The position numbers were made by a program, and so were the translations under genes. From positions 1,612,001-1,676,000 of the forward strand of contig LSRY02000013.1 in the NCBI GenBank assembly GCA_001643675.2: 64,000 bases of DNA, written 5' to 3'. Under the pieces are notes generated by a model. It saw only the letters and a list, made by a program, of their open reading frames with translations, had not been told where the DNA came from and did no database searches. This document shows positions 25,800 to 37,397 of the stretch, piece after piece. Position 1 is the stretch's first letter; the number at the start of each line of letters is the position of its first letter. The stretch is from Monocercomonoides exilis PA203. Lineage: Eukaryota; Protista; Preaxostyla.

Positions 25800-28700
25800 A
25801 TTAATGAAAATTTGAGAAGATTGCAAAATGGATAAAAAACTCTTGATTTCTAATAAAAAATGTTTGTTTTCTCCAGTTCTTTAGCGAAAACAGTTCCGTC
25901 AAATCTCCGTTCCAGCTGTGAAGCTCATAAGCATCAGCGAACGGAGAATGGAATGAACAGGAGATAAAAATTATGAATAAGGCAGATTCAATCTTATCTT
26001 TTCTCTCTATGTTCTTCATTTGAACTGCCCTCCCTGCTTCCTTTATTTGCCACACTTCCTCCTTCTATTTCCAATCTACTTCTTCCAAATCCTTCGTTCG
26101 GAAATTATTGTTGATGATGAAAGCATCTTTCTCGAGCTCTTTCTTTTCCTCTGCCATCTCCTCCGTCAAACTTTCTCTCCTTTGGAATCACCTTCTGCTT
26201 CATGAGAAGCATTTTCTCAGCCCAGCATAACCAGCAAATAATCTCTTGAAAATGTTTATTATTCACACAAAGTTCACAGGTTGCTTCATGAGCGAGGAAG
26301 TGAGGTAACAAGGCCAGTATCTAAAGAGATGTGCATTTTGTGTGTGAATCCCTTGTCGCTTCTGTGAAAGAGCCCTTGTTCACTTTCATGTGAAACATCA
26401 CTCAGAAAGACAACTCGGTTGTTGGACATAACAGAACAGAAGCATTCGGTAATTGGAATTTCGATTTATAAATCTTTATCAACGGGCATACAGCTGATAA
26501 TGAATGCGTGGAAAGAATACTTGGTATCAAAGAAATGTATTGCTGGCTATCAAAGATGTCCTGCAAGAGGACACAAAACGCGATGTGTCTTCTGGAGAAG
26601 GTGCAGATCATAAGGCAGAAATCATTTCATCAGCTAACTTGTCGGTGAAAATATGTGCAAATGAAGGCAAAGCCGAAGATATTTGAAGAGAAGGCACACA
26701 AAATCGAAGAAAACATCTTATATGTGCATTTGATGAAATCAACATTGCTTGTCGGGGTTTATTTTCTTGTTTCATAGAATTATCCATTAAATATGCCTTT
26801 TCAAATAAATATGTTTCCTTCATCGTTTCATCTTCTCCGACATATTGAAGGCGTGTGACGTTGTGAAACCTGCCGAATGCTATTTTTGAACTCATCCATT
26901 TCATAAAAGAATTGCTCTAATACTCTTTCTTTTTAATCTCCGCCTCTTTCAGCTTCCAAACAAAAAAGGCAAAATCGTCCTCCTTTTTTGATTTCGCGCC
27001 GACTGATCAGTTTCTTTCGACAAGAAATCACATCTGTTGTTATAAAAACTTGGCCACATATCGCAATAGAATGAATATGCCTTTTGTGCTTCCGAAAAGA
27101 TAATAAAAGATGATGCTTGGTCCTGGATTTAACGGGAGTTGAAGAAATGAGAAAATAATTTGCTAACTCGGAAGCTCTGCTGAATTGAATAAAACAGACA
27201 TTTCACTAAGTCGATGCTCTGATCCAATGCCAAATAAGAAGAAACATAAAAGAAGAAGTTGAAAAATAGTTGAAGAAGGTGTTGATGACAATGATGACGA
27301 GGATAAAGAGGGATATTCTGCTTTTAATAAAGTTCATTGCTGAAATGAAGTGGATGCGACTGACTATTTTGATGATGAAGAGGAGGCGGTGGTGATAAAA
27401 GGCTCGTTGAAAGTGAAAAGTTGAATGAGAAGAGTCTCAGACAGAGATGAAATACCATGCAGATAAATTGATATTTTCTTTCCCCTTCCCTTTTTTCTAT
27501 TTTCTCATGCTCTTTCTTCTTCTTCTTTTTCTTGTTTTCCTTTCTTCTGGCATCTACCATCTCCGGGATCTTCACCTGTTCTCCTAAGACCATGTTCTTC
27601 GCAGTCAGTATTCGTTTCATCTGCTCGTCAATCTCTTCTCAGTCAATAGTGACTTCTGCTCACTCCAGCTCTGTCAGCTTCTTGATCATCTCTTTGTTCT
27701 TGTAATGTTCCTCGATCATCTTGTATTTCACTTCTAGCAGAACAGCTCCTTCCTCTCTTTCCTTCCACAAGCCTCCCAAACACTCTGTTCTCTCTTTCTA
27801 TTTGCACAAATAAAACAACTTTCTCGTTTTTGTTGATTTGTATCATTCTTTTTCCATTTTTTCTTTTCTGTTATCTCTTTCAGTCTCATCTGCATTTTTA
27901 TTTATAGAAGCACTTTCGTTTTCTTTGATTTCATCATTTTCAGGAATTTTTTGTGTTATAGATAGACTTCCAAAGATATATCCGCATTCTGTTTCTTTTT
28001 GGTGGCATTTCTCTTCTTCCAATTGAACACTTCTTGTAAGATCTCTTTCTGTCCATCAAAATTATCTTTTCTTTCGCCAATTACTTTCACAGAACAGCTT
28101 TCAATCTTTTCTCAAGCTGAAACTCTTCTTTTTCTGTCTCTCTTTCATCATCTCTAATATAACTTCCTTTCCCCCTTCTTCTTCTCATTGTTCACCATCT
28201 CTTCCTCACATTCTTCACGGCTTCTTTATTGATATCCGATCATCTTGTTTCACTTGTCCATGTCATCCTCCTCTTCAGCTGCCCCAACGCAAACTGAAGC
28301 TAAATCTTCAACTTCTCCGAAAAATTCACGAAATGTTATTAATCCAACACAGCTTCGCACCTGAGTCACTTCTCTTAAATAAACAAATAATGATATTCGA
28401 ATGCCCAACACACATCTCAATGAATTATACACAGAGATTATGTCCATTTCGCACAAAACGTCAGAAACAGGAGAGGATAACTTGGCAGCTGAAAGAGGAG
28501 TCAGCGCAGATGATAGATGTGCCTGTGGAGCAAATGTCAGTGACATTTGTGAAGAAGTGTTCGAAGAACAGTGAGCTTTTCCAATGTCAGAAGACTTTTA
28601 TCACTTGAACAATCCATTGGAGATCCGAAAATATAATTTGAAGGCAATGTGATCTTTTGCTCTTTTCTTTTCTGGCGCATTAAAGAATTTGGTGTTTCAA

Positions 28701-31453
28701 ACCTTGCATTTTGTATTTTTTTCTTCGATTGCTCTAACGATATAAGCTGAAGATAGTAAAAGAAGATCTCAATTTCCTTAAGATGCTCGGCACAGTTCTC
28801 TTTGTTCTGAAGTTGCAACTGCATTCCCAAAGGAGGCAGACGAGCTGCGCTGCCTTGCATGTTCGTTGCTCCTGTTGGAATAAGCCCTTGAATTCATTGA
28901 ATATCCTGTGATTGCATAAACACCTGTTGCACCATTCCCTGTTGAGAATACAATGGAAATGAAACTGAACAAGAACCAGAAGAAGAGCCAGTAGACGGAT
29001 TCAACAAGGGAGGAAGAGAAACATTCACTTCGCTTTCTTCATTTTCATCAGTCATCCTTCTTCCTCCATCACTGATGCTTCGAGTCTCCTTCAGCAGGAT
29101 CAGGTTCCTTTTGTTCTCTCTTGGTGTTCCTTTCATGGCAGACATCGTTGGAATGAATTGGTATATCTCAAACGCTTCTCTCTTTTCTCTTTCTGCGAAA
29201 TCCTGACCTTCTGCTCCGCTTTTTCCTGTGCTGCTATCTCCAGCGCCTGTTTCGTGGTTTCATTGAGTGGAATGCTACTGGTCAATGTTCGTGACTGCAA
29301 TTTTGACGCAGCAGCTGCTTAAAGCGGATCAACAGACTGCCTTGCAAGCGCCAACATAAACTGATTCTCTTTGTTTCTCGCTTTTTCCAGGATATGGCAG
29401 AACTGCTCAAGTCGAGAGGCTGTCTGAATACCCTGCGACTTCGTCATGCGCTCAATGATACTCGCTCTCGGTGGCTTCTTGCGGATGCTTGGCTGATGCG
29501 GGGTAATTGCCAGTGAGGAGGAAGATGAAGATTGAGAAGGCATTGGAAAAGAAGAAGGAATTCCTTTGATTTTTCCAAGTTGAGAGTGCTGTGTGGAGAG
29601 TGAGGCGATGATGGAGTTATCATCAATGCTGCCTGAGTTAATGTTGGATGTAACAACATTAGATAAAGAGGATGAAGAAGAAGCATTCATAAAAGATGAA
29701 CGATGTGTTGAAGGGAAACGATGACACGAAAAAATCTGCTATCCTTCTAAACTTACACCAACACCATTGAAGAAAGAAGACGATGAATAATTCTGTTCTG
29801 AAATTGAAGAATTTGAGAAGGAGGAAGTGAAAATTGCATCTCTGATGTGAAATTGAAGTGAAGTGTCAACGAATTGTGCAGCTATTAGTGTACGCAGCTC
29901 CACAACACACACACATTTCTCTCATTCTGCAATTTTTCCCCTGATCGGCTGAATCGTCTCAACATGTGACATGATCAGCAGATGGCTTTCTTCCTCGTCA
30001 AACAGAATGTCACTCTTCTCTCCTTTTTCGAATGCTCTCTTCTACAGCGCCGTGTGCCTCCTCACAAGAGAACATTCCAGACAAACCAGACTCCGCTCCA
30101 TGTCTCCGCTAGCCACACTTCCAAAGCCAATTCGCTCATGTGACAACTAGCACAGCTGTCCGAGCAGCGGAGAAAGAGGGGCTTAAATCGTTGTCTTTTT
30201 CTCATCTGCTAGCAGCTCTGCTTTTTCCTTTGCGATAAAGTCGTCGCTTGTCAACAGCGCTTGCAGCACTGGCTCCATGTGCCTACGATGCTTTCTATTT
30301 CATTGCTTCTTCCTCTTCACCTGAGCCTCCTCCAACTGCGCATATATTCATCCCATTCATTGCGCTGTATCTAATTCCCAGCTTGATCGGAATCCTAACC
30401 AAATGATCTATTTTCGTCAGCGAATGGAAGCTCCAGAATATCATTTGCTTCCCAAAAGCCGGTGCAATCCCTCTCATGGCAGGGCACTCAAACAGAGTGA
30501 AATCAGTTGCCGACGCATTCAGACGCTCCACTTCAGTCAGGTTGAGTCAGCAGTCAACGCTTGTCCCTCCTTCATTCTGAAGCACGATTGACTGAATCTG
30601 CATATTCACCTCGCAGATTAGCACCTGTTCCAAAAAATGCATTGCAGTCTTCTCTGCTCCTCGCCCGATCTCAAACACAGCATGCTCATCTGTGAAACTC
30701 AACGTTTGCAACGCAATCTTCAAAACGTATTGCTTCCCAGCGGAGCAGCACTTTAATAGAATTACAGGTGCAGCAGATTCTGTAGCAAGTGCATAGCAAC
30801 CTCTGTGAAGATCAGCCCATCGAAGTAATTGAATGTGTCATCGTCAGGTGTAAGCTCGCGGGTAAACGCGTTACTCAACTGGTTCAAAGACAGCTCTTTT
30901 CACACAATCACCTTCTCCGTGTTGTGGAGGTGCACGTCCACAACAGCCGCGGAGGGGAGGATCTCCAGGCCAGCCACCACACACAATGCAGTTTCGTTGT
31001 GTTTGAATTGTATTCATAACATTTCGCCGGTTTCTTGCTCTTCTTCCCGACTCTGTAACAATAAAGAAGAAGCAGGAGAAATTCAAGCAGATTGAAATGG
31101 ATCGTAAATACCTCTGTCAGCGTTGAATTTCTCTGGACAATAATTTCTTTTCTCTTTGTCATTTCAATCACACGCACAACACGGCAAGTGTGCATGAACG
31201 AAGTAAATAGAGGAAAAACACTTTGATTCTTTCGTGAGATTTTGTTGAAATGACTTCGCTTTGTGGCAAAACCGATAGAATAGGTAGAGTAGTTGAAGGA
31301 AAAGCAGAAAGAGAAGCAGCAATAGAAGAAGCAGTAGAAGGAGGAAGAGGAGGATAATATCATTGGATCAGAAAAACGAAAAAGGAGAAAAAGGAGAAAA
31401 AGTGGAAGTATGTGGGTTGAAAATGATGAAAGATTCATCAAATTATTTGACAT
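25800..31453 (-). pseudogene. Decayed cargo gene(s) in the left arm of the 21-kb element, unidentified
   Basis: Coding-like composition with many short minus-strand ORFs broken by stops; no confident domain. Confidence 0.4.
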
Positions 31454-32231
31454 AAATGAAGAACAGTTTGGATTGAAAAAGTTGAGGAAGAAGAAGCATA
31501 AAAGAAGAAATGAATCATACTTGAATTTTGTTTACCAAAAAACAAAGTTCCTTTCCAGAAAAATCAAATCAATTAATATTGTCATTCACCCATTTCGAAT
31601 TTTAATTTTTTCGTTGATCGGGAATTTGCAGAAATGATAATTTTTTCGTTCAGAATGGTATAAATGATATAAAGAAGTGATCAATACGCGTAAAAACGAT
31701 TTCTGCAAATTTCCAAGTAATAAAAATCTTTCATTGATCAATAAGATCAAAGTGAACATTTTTCGGAATGATTATTTTTAAAGACACATTTTCATAAATA
31801 TTCTAAATTCTTAAATTTCAATCGATGAAATAAATTTTTGTTGTTTGTTATTTGTCATTATCGAAAAAAGAAAATTTTGAAAAAACTTATCATTTTTCAG
31901 AAAAATAGTTTTAAAAAAATCCTATTTTTGCTTTCGTCATTTTTTTTTAAATAAATACAAAAATAACTGTTATATTTATTAAAATTTTGATTGAGATAGT
32001 AATGCTGATTTTTTGTTTTATAAATGATATTTTTTATATTTCTTTTTAATAATTTTTTTTATGTTGTTTGATGTTAATATAATTTTCTGATGATGTGGAA
32101 AAGGAAAGAAGATTAGGTCAGTGTGGACTTGTAGACAAATTTCATTAGGATATTTTTGCGTAATAAAAAATTTTTTTCCGAAGCTCTTTGAATATTTATT
32201 TTTCAATTTTTCATGGAATAAACACAAAGCC

Positions 32232-32282
<51 letters not shown>

Positions 32283-32355
32283 ATTATAAATTCAAACAAC
32301 AACATATAAATTTATATTACCATCAAACCATAATTAAAATACTTTCAAAATAAAA

Positions 32356-34729
32356 ATGCCTTTTTCAAAACCTCAATCAACTCTTAATTCTCGATGCAAA
32401 GTTATTTGGAACGAAATTAAACGAATTGGCGGAGATGACGTTGATTCGTTGCTCGTATATCTCTTTTACAACTATAGGCAATCATCTTCAGTAATTAATG
32501 ATTTACTGAAGTCTTTGAATGGTTTGGTTTTTTGTTTTTTTGTATTGTGTTATAAGTATTATTATTTCTCTCTGTTATTTTTTTTCTTTTAATTTTGTTT
32601 ATTATATATTTTTTTTGAAACAGAATATCACACAAAGCTGCTGGAAGACCTGTCTGTGGTGTACAACAACGCACCGTTGCACACTCAGACAACAATGCTA
32701 CAAGCGCTGTCCCGCAACACATCATTATCCGATTTACAGGACTATGGATATGATGTCACAGAGGGAAAATTTATATATGCCAAACAAACGCTAAAAAAAA
32801 ATCAAGGCTTTATCATTCCTCCTCAAAAACCTCATCCTCCGTCTTGCAAAAGTGGTTTGTGTTTATTTAATTTTTTTGAATAATTTTCTCTGTTTATTTA
32901 GGTTTGAATGAACAGGATTGGGAAAAGGGCAACAACTGGATGTTAGCCCATTCGACTGAAGCTTCAACTTCGCTTCAGTCAGCAAAGAAAAAGCAGCGAG
33001 CTGAGCCAGAATATGTCAGATACATCGAAGAAGAGGCTTGGGAAGAAGAGATCATTACTGAAAATTCATCTCAAAGGAAAAAACAATCTTCTTCCTCTTC
33101 AACATCGTCTCAACAAAATAAAAAATCTAATCCCATTTCAGAAAAAAATTCTCCATCTTCAAATTCCTCTTCTTCTCAAGCTGTTGATGCTCCAATCAGT
33201 ACTCCAACAAGGAGAGAAAGGGGTTCAACAAAAAGAAAAACAAAGAAATTACATCAAAAACGTCATTCGTCTCCATCTCCAATTCCAATTCACAAACTAT
33301 TCAAACAGAAAACAACATCATCCAATTCCTCGTCTTCCTCGTCTTCCTCGTCTTCCTCATCTTCCTCATCTTCCTCATCTTTCGCAAAGAAACAGAAAGA
33401 ATATTTAAATTCTTATGCAATTGAAGAATCTTCAACTTCCTTTAATAACGATGATGTGTGGGTTTGTGAACAATTAGTGGATTATGCTACTTCACCCACA
33501 TTAATTCCACCTCAAGCATTTCAAACTCTCTTTTCTTCATTTTCAAAAGAGAATGACATTTCAATACATCAACAACAAAGCATTCAATCTTCAAATAAAG
33601 AAATATTTCAACAAAGAAATTCTTCAAAAAATATTTCAAAAAAGAATGCTAAAGAAAAGTCAATTAAAAATAATTCTCATTCTCAATCTTCTTCAAATTC
33701 ATTAAATTCTTCGAAAACATCATCACAAATAACAAATGGATTACCAAACTTGGGAAATACTTGCTATTTGGCTTCTCTTCTGCAATGCATGTCTTCTATC
33801 ATCACGCAAAAACCATCTTTTATCAAAAAACAAACAGTTATGAAGAACACATCTTCGCGTGTTGTAAGTGTTTGTCAACAACTGGTTAAAGATGGAATGG
33901 CAGTGCGTTCGTGGATCCCATCGCTTATCAACAAATGGGAAGACTTTTGTGGATATGGCAGCAGGCAGCAACAGAATGTGATAGAAGCATTTGAAAATCT
34001 TCATCAACTTCTTCAAAAAGATGAGTTGATAAGCAAGGATACCTTCAATCCTGTGCTCATTACTCATTTCAAATGTCAAAAATGTCAAAAAGTTTGTAAT
34101 CATTTCAATGAAGCCTGCAGTTATGTTATCATTAATTCATCATCTCCTCATAAAGGTCTATCTTCTATCTTTTCAACTGAGATATTGAACGGAAAAAATG
34201 CTGTCTATTGCGATGAATGCAAGGAAAAATGCTGTGCTGCGAGATGGGAGGAAATGGCTGCATTTCCAGAGGTGCTAGCTCTCTGTCATGAATGCACTGA
34301 TTCTGCTAGTTCTGCGCCTTCGAGAACGCTTCTAATTGAAACTGATCGCACTAACCAGCGCACGTTCTGCAAAGGGTTTTTAACAGAAAACATTCAACAT
34401 CTTCAAGAGAGCAATAAGGAAACTATCATTTATCATCTTTCAGGACAAATACTATATAAACGTCTGGATCAAAAAAATGGACATTACGTTGCTATTGTTA
34501 AAAGGAAGAGTGGAATCAACAGTTTTTGGAGTATTTGCAATGATGAAAATGTTTCTGAATTCGATAGTGACAAATGGAGTTCTTCATGGAAAGATATTTA
34601 CGCTCAGGGTTTCATTCCTTCACTTTCATTTTTCACAAAAGAAAAAACAAAGCCGACATTATCAGCAACTCAATTTGGTGGTTCTTCATCTTCTTCAGAA
34701 ACATTAAATGAAAACACTTCATTCACCTT

Positions 34730-34788
<59 letters not shown>

Positions 34789-36152
34789 TCATCACACCAC
34801 CACATCAAACTTCTTCCATTCCTCCACTCTCTTCGTCAATTTCAACAAATTATGGATTGGAAGCACTGAAAGAAAAAAGAAAGAAAACGGGCATCTTTTC
34901 TCCCAATGAAAAGAGATTAATCTTCAAGCCCAAAACGAAACTGTGGAGTGAGTTTACAGAAGAAACAAACATCAAAGTTTCTCTTTCCCACTTCTACAAA
35001 CTCACCACGAACTTTTCCAAAGCGAAAAGACGAACTGACCTTTGTGGAATGTGCGAGAAGCTCAACTATCTGGAAAACAAATTAAAGTCATCGCAAAACA
35101 AAAATGGACTTTCTTCTGCTGAGTTTCACACTCTGAAACTTCTTCGACAACATCGACTTGTTGCAGAAATGCAACGCAAACACTATCAATCTTCTGTCGA
35201 AAACCTGAAAGAGGGAGAAACAGTCTTCGTCTTCGACTTCAAAGAGAAATGGAAACTCCCCATCAGAAAAAATCAACTTCAACAAGAATTCTTTAATTAC
35301 CAACAAGTTTCTCAATTCACAATCATCTCTCTTCAGAAAATTAATAATCAACAAATAAAAAGAACTTTCAACTTCTTCTCCGACTGCCTCTCAAATGATC
35401 ACAGATTTGTCATTGAGTGTCTGGAATCTGTGATCAAAAGACACTTCTTCTCAGACACTCACACTTTTAAGTTCTTCTGCGATTCGGGACTACACAACCG
35501 AAATCGCTTCCTTCTTCACTTCATCCTCTCCAAACAATCGAAACTTCTCAAAAAGAAAAATACTCAACTCAACTTCTTCGCTGAGCACCATGGAAAAAAT
35601 ATATGTGACAGTGAATTTGGTGCGTTAGTGAATGCAATCGACAACAATCTTTCGACTGAACACATCACCACACTTCGTGATTTGATCAACTTCTTCGAAA
35701 ACAATATGAACACTTCGACATCAGCTTCTTCAACTTCACAATCAAACATTTTCTCAACAACATCATCAAACTCTTCACCATCAACAACATCTGTCAATAA
35801 CTGTGAGCATGAGAGGTACTTTGAAGAGTATGTACCATCTCAGCAAATTTCATGGCCATCACTGTCAGTCCCTCACATGAAGGACTATTTATACTTTGAG
35901 CGCAAGGGCTCATTTGTCTGCGCATCTGCTGTTGGATATCTTCCTCAACGCTCTCTGGTTGCCCTCGAATCTTCGACAATGAAAGAAAAGGTTCAACGTT
36001 CAAGAAAGTCATTTCACTCTGATATCACATCATCTAACTCTTCTCTTCTTTCTCAATCTTCTCAAGATCTTCTTTCAAGGAGATTTGAGCTTCTTCTTGA
36101 CTCTTCTTCTTTTAATGAATCTCAAAATTGTTCTTTTGGTGTCCCCTATTAA
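32356..36152 (+). CDS. USP (peptidase C19) deubiquitinase-Sola2-like DDD transposase fusion; exons 32356-32521, 32624-32854, 32902-36152; about 1215 aa
   Basis: The three ORF pieces join in frame through two phase-1 GTTTG...AG introns. The USP Cys box is GLPNLGNTCY (Cys codon 33762), followed by QQQNVIEAF (QQD-box equivalent), CxxC pairs, the His box GHYVAIVK (His 34482) and WSICNDE. The C-terminal part has TDLCGMC, VFDFKE (D 35235), FSDCLSND, FFCDSG (D 35481) and FFAEHHGKNICDSEFG (D 35607), which match Sola2-type motifs as I recall them. There are no internal stops. Confidence 0.85.
32522..32623 (+). other. Spliceosomal intron 1 of the USP-transposase gene
   Basis: GTTTGG donor, T-rich body and ...GAAACAG acceptor; removal restores the frame (LN-E-YHTKLLEDL). 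Confidence 0.8.
32855..32901 (+). other. Spliceosomal intron 2 of the USP-transposase gene
   Basis: GTTTGT donor and ...TTATTTAG acceptor; removal restores the frame into the 1082-codon ORF (CKS-G-LNEQD). Confidence 0.8.
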
Positions 36153-37397
36153 GAAACTAGTTGTTGTGTATGCTTAGCTGGCACTCTATCGGAAGGGTGC
36201 TGGACATGACTGTTCGTATTAGATATTGCAGCCTTTGGGCTGCAATATCCGGACTTGGATACGACGAACAGCCTCCCAGGTGCACAATAGTTAGAATCCG
36301 ATTGTTTTCTTGTGGTTTTTGTCCCTATATTGTCCCTATAATAAAATTGGTTATTGTCCCGCATATATTTGTATTTATCGAGATTCATTAATAGAGAGAG
36401 TTGTGAGGGAATTCATTGATCTTTGGGTGAGGTTTATGAAAGCGAGAGTTGTTGAGAGTGTGAAATGTTGTCTTATCATTGTGTCTGTCTTTTTTCAATG
36501 TTGGATTTGATCTTTTTGAGTCAAAGGGAGAGAAATATCAGAAAGTGCAGAGTGGATGGAAAACAGAGGGAAAATAGACAAGTTAGTTTTTGAACTTTTT
36601 GTATGAGTTTTCTTTTTTGTTTGGAATTGTCTTTGATACCTTTTATTTGTTGCAATAGTACTGTTTTTTCTTATATCTTTTATTGTTCAAAATTGTTGAC
36701 ATTTAGTTAACATTTGGTGATTGTTTTGATGATTATGTGATGGAATTATGTTTTTTTGAAAGTTATTGAATCTGATTAGAAAATATCTGACTGTTTTCAA
36801 TTTTATTAATGATCAATATCATGAAGTACTTTTTGTTTATTTATGTCATTTTGATTGGTGAACGATTGTTAATTTTTAACGTATTTTTTTCGTTTCACAG
36901 ATCTTTTTTCCATTTCGAAAAAAACTCAAATTCGAATATACAAACATTTTTCTGCTTGAAATTATTTTTATTTCTTCCATATTGCAATATCATATATAGA
37001 AAACCAACAAACTCAAAAAAAAAAACATCATGAATTTTTACAAACAGATCAACAAAAAATTTTTTGCATTAAAAAAAGATCTCAATGATCATGAAAACTT
37101 TTTTTATGACGTGGAAATTTGCAGAAATGGTTATGGACCTCATGAAATACTTCGACAACATATAAATATTATCTAGGTGTATAAAAAAAGCATTTCTGCA
37201 AATTGCAGATCAATAAAAAAATTGAAAATTGAAATGGGATTTCAATTAACAAAAATGTTTGAAATTTCGTGTTGATACTTAATTTTCGGAATTTTTCTTA
37301 ATTTGCCAAAGATTCTATTATACATTTTTGAATATTTCTTTCGCTTTTCTTTGTGGAGATTCTGTGGCTCTTTCTCGACTGAAGTCATAGTTGAATT

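Larger units (their letters stand above)
31589..37238 (+). mobile_element. Putative transposon (about 5.65 kb) bounded by imperfect ~150-bp inverted repeats and carrying the USP-transposase
   Basis: CCCATTTC...TTGATC...AATTTGCAGAAATG...ATTTCTGCAAATTTCCA...TGATCA at 31589-~31745 is mirrored at ~37083-37238 (ending GAAATGGG). The TSD is not clean (TTCA| on the left, |ATTTCA on the right). Confidence 0.65.

Noticed and set aside
26400-26904. Possible PARP-like catalytic remnant on the minus strand
   Set aside because: Only loose spacing similarity; the HG and Y-F catalytic motifs are not recognisable.
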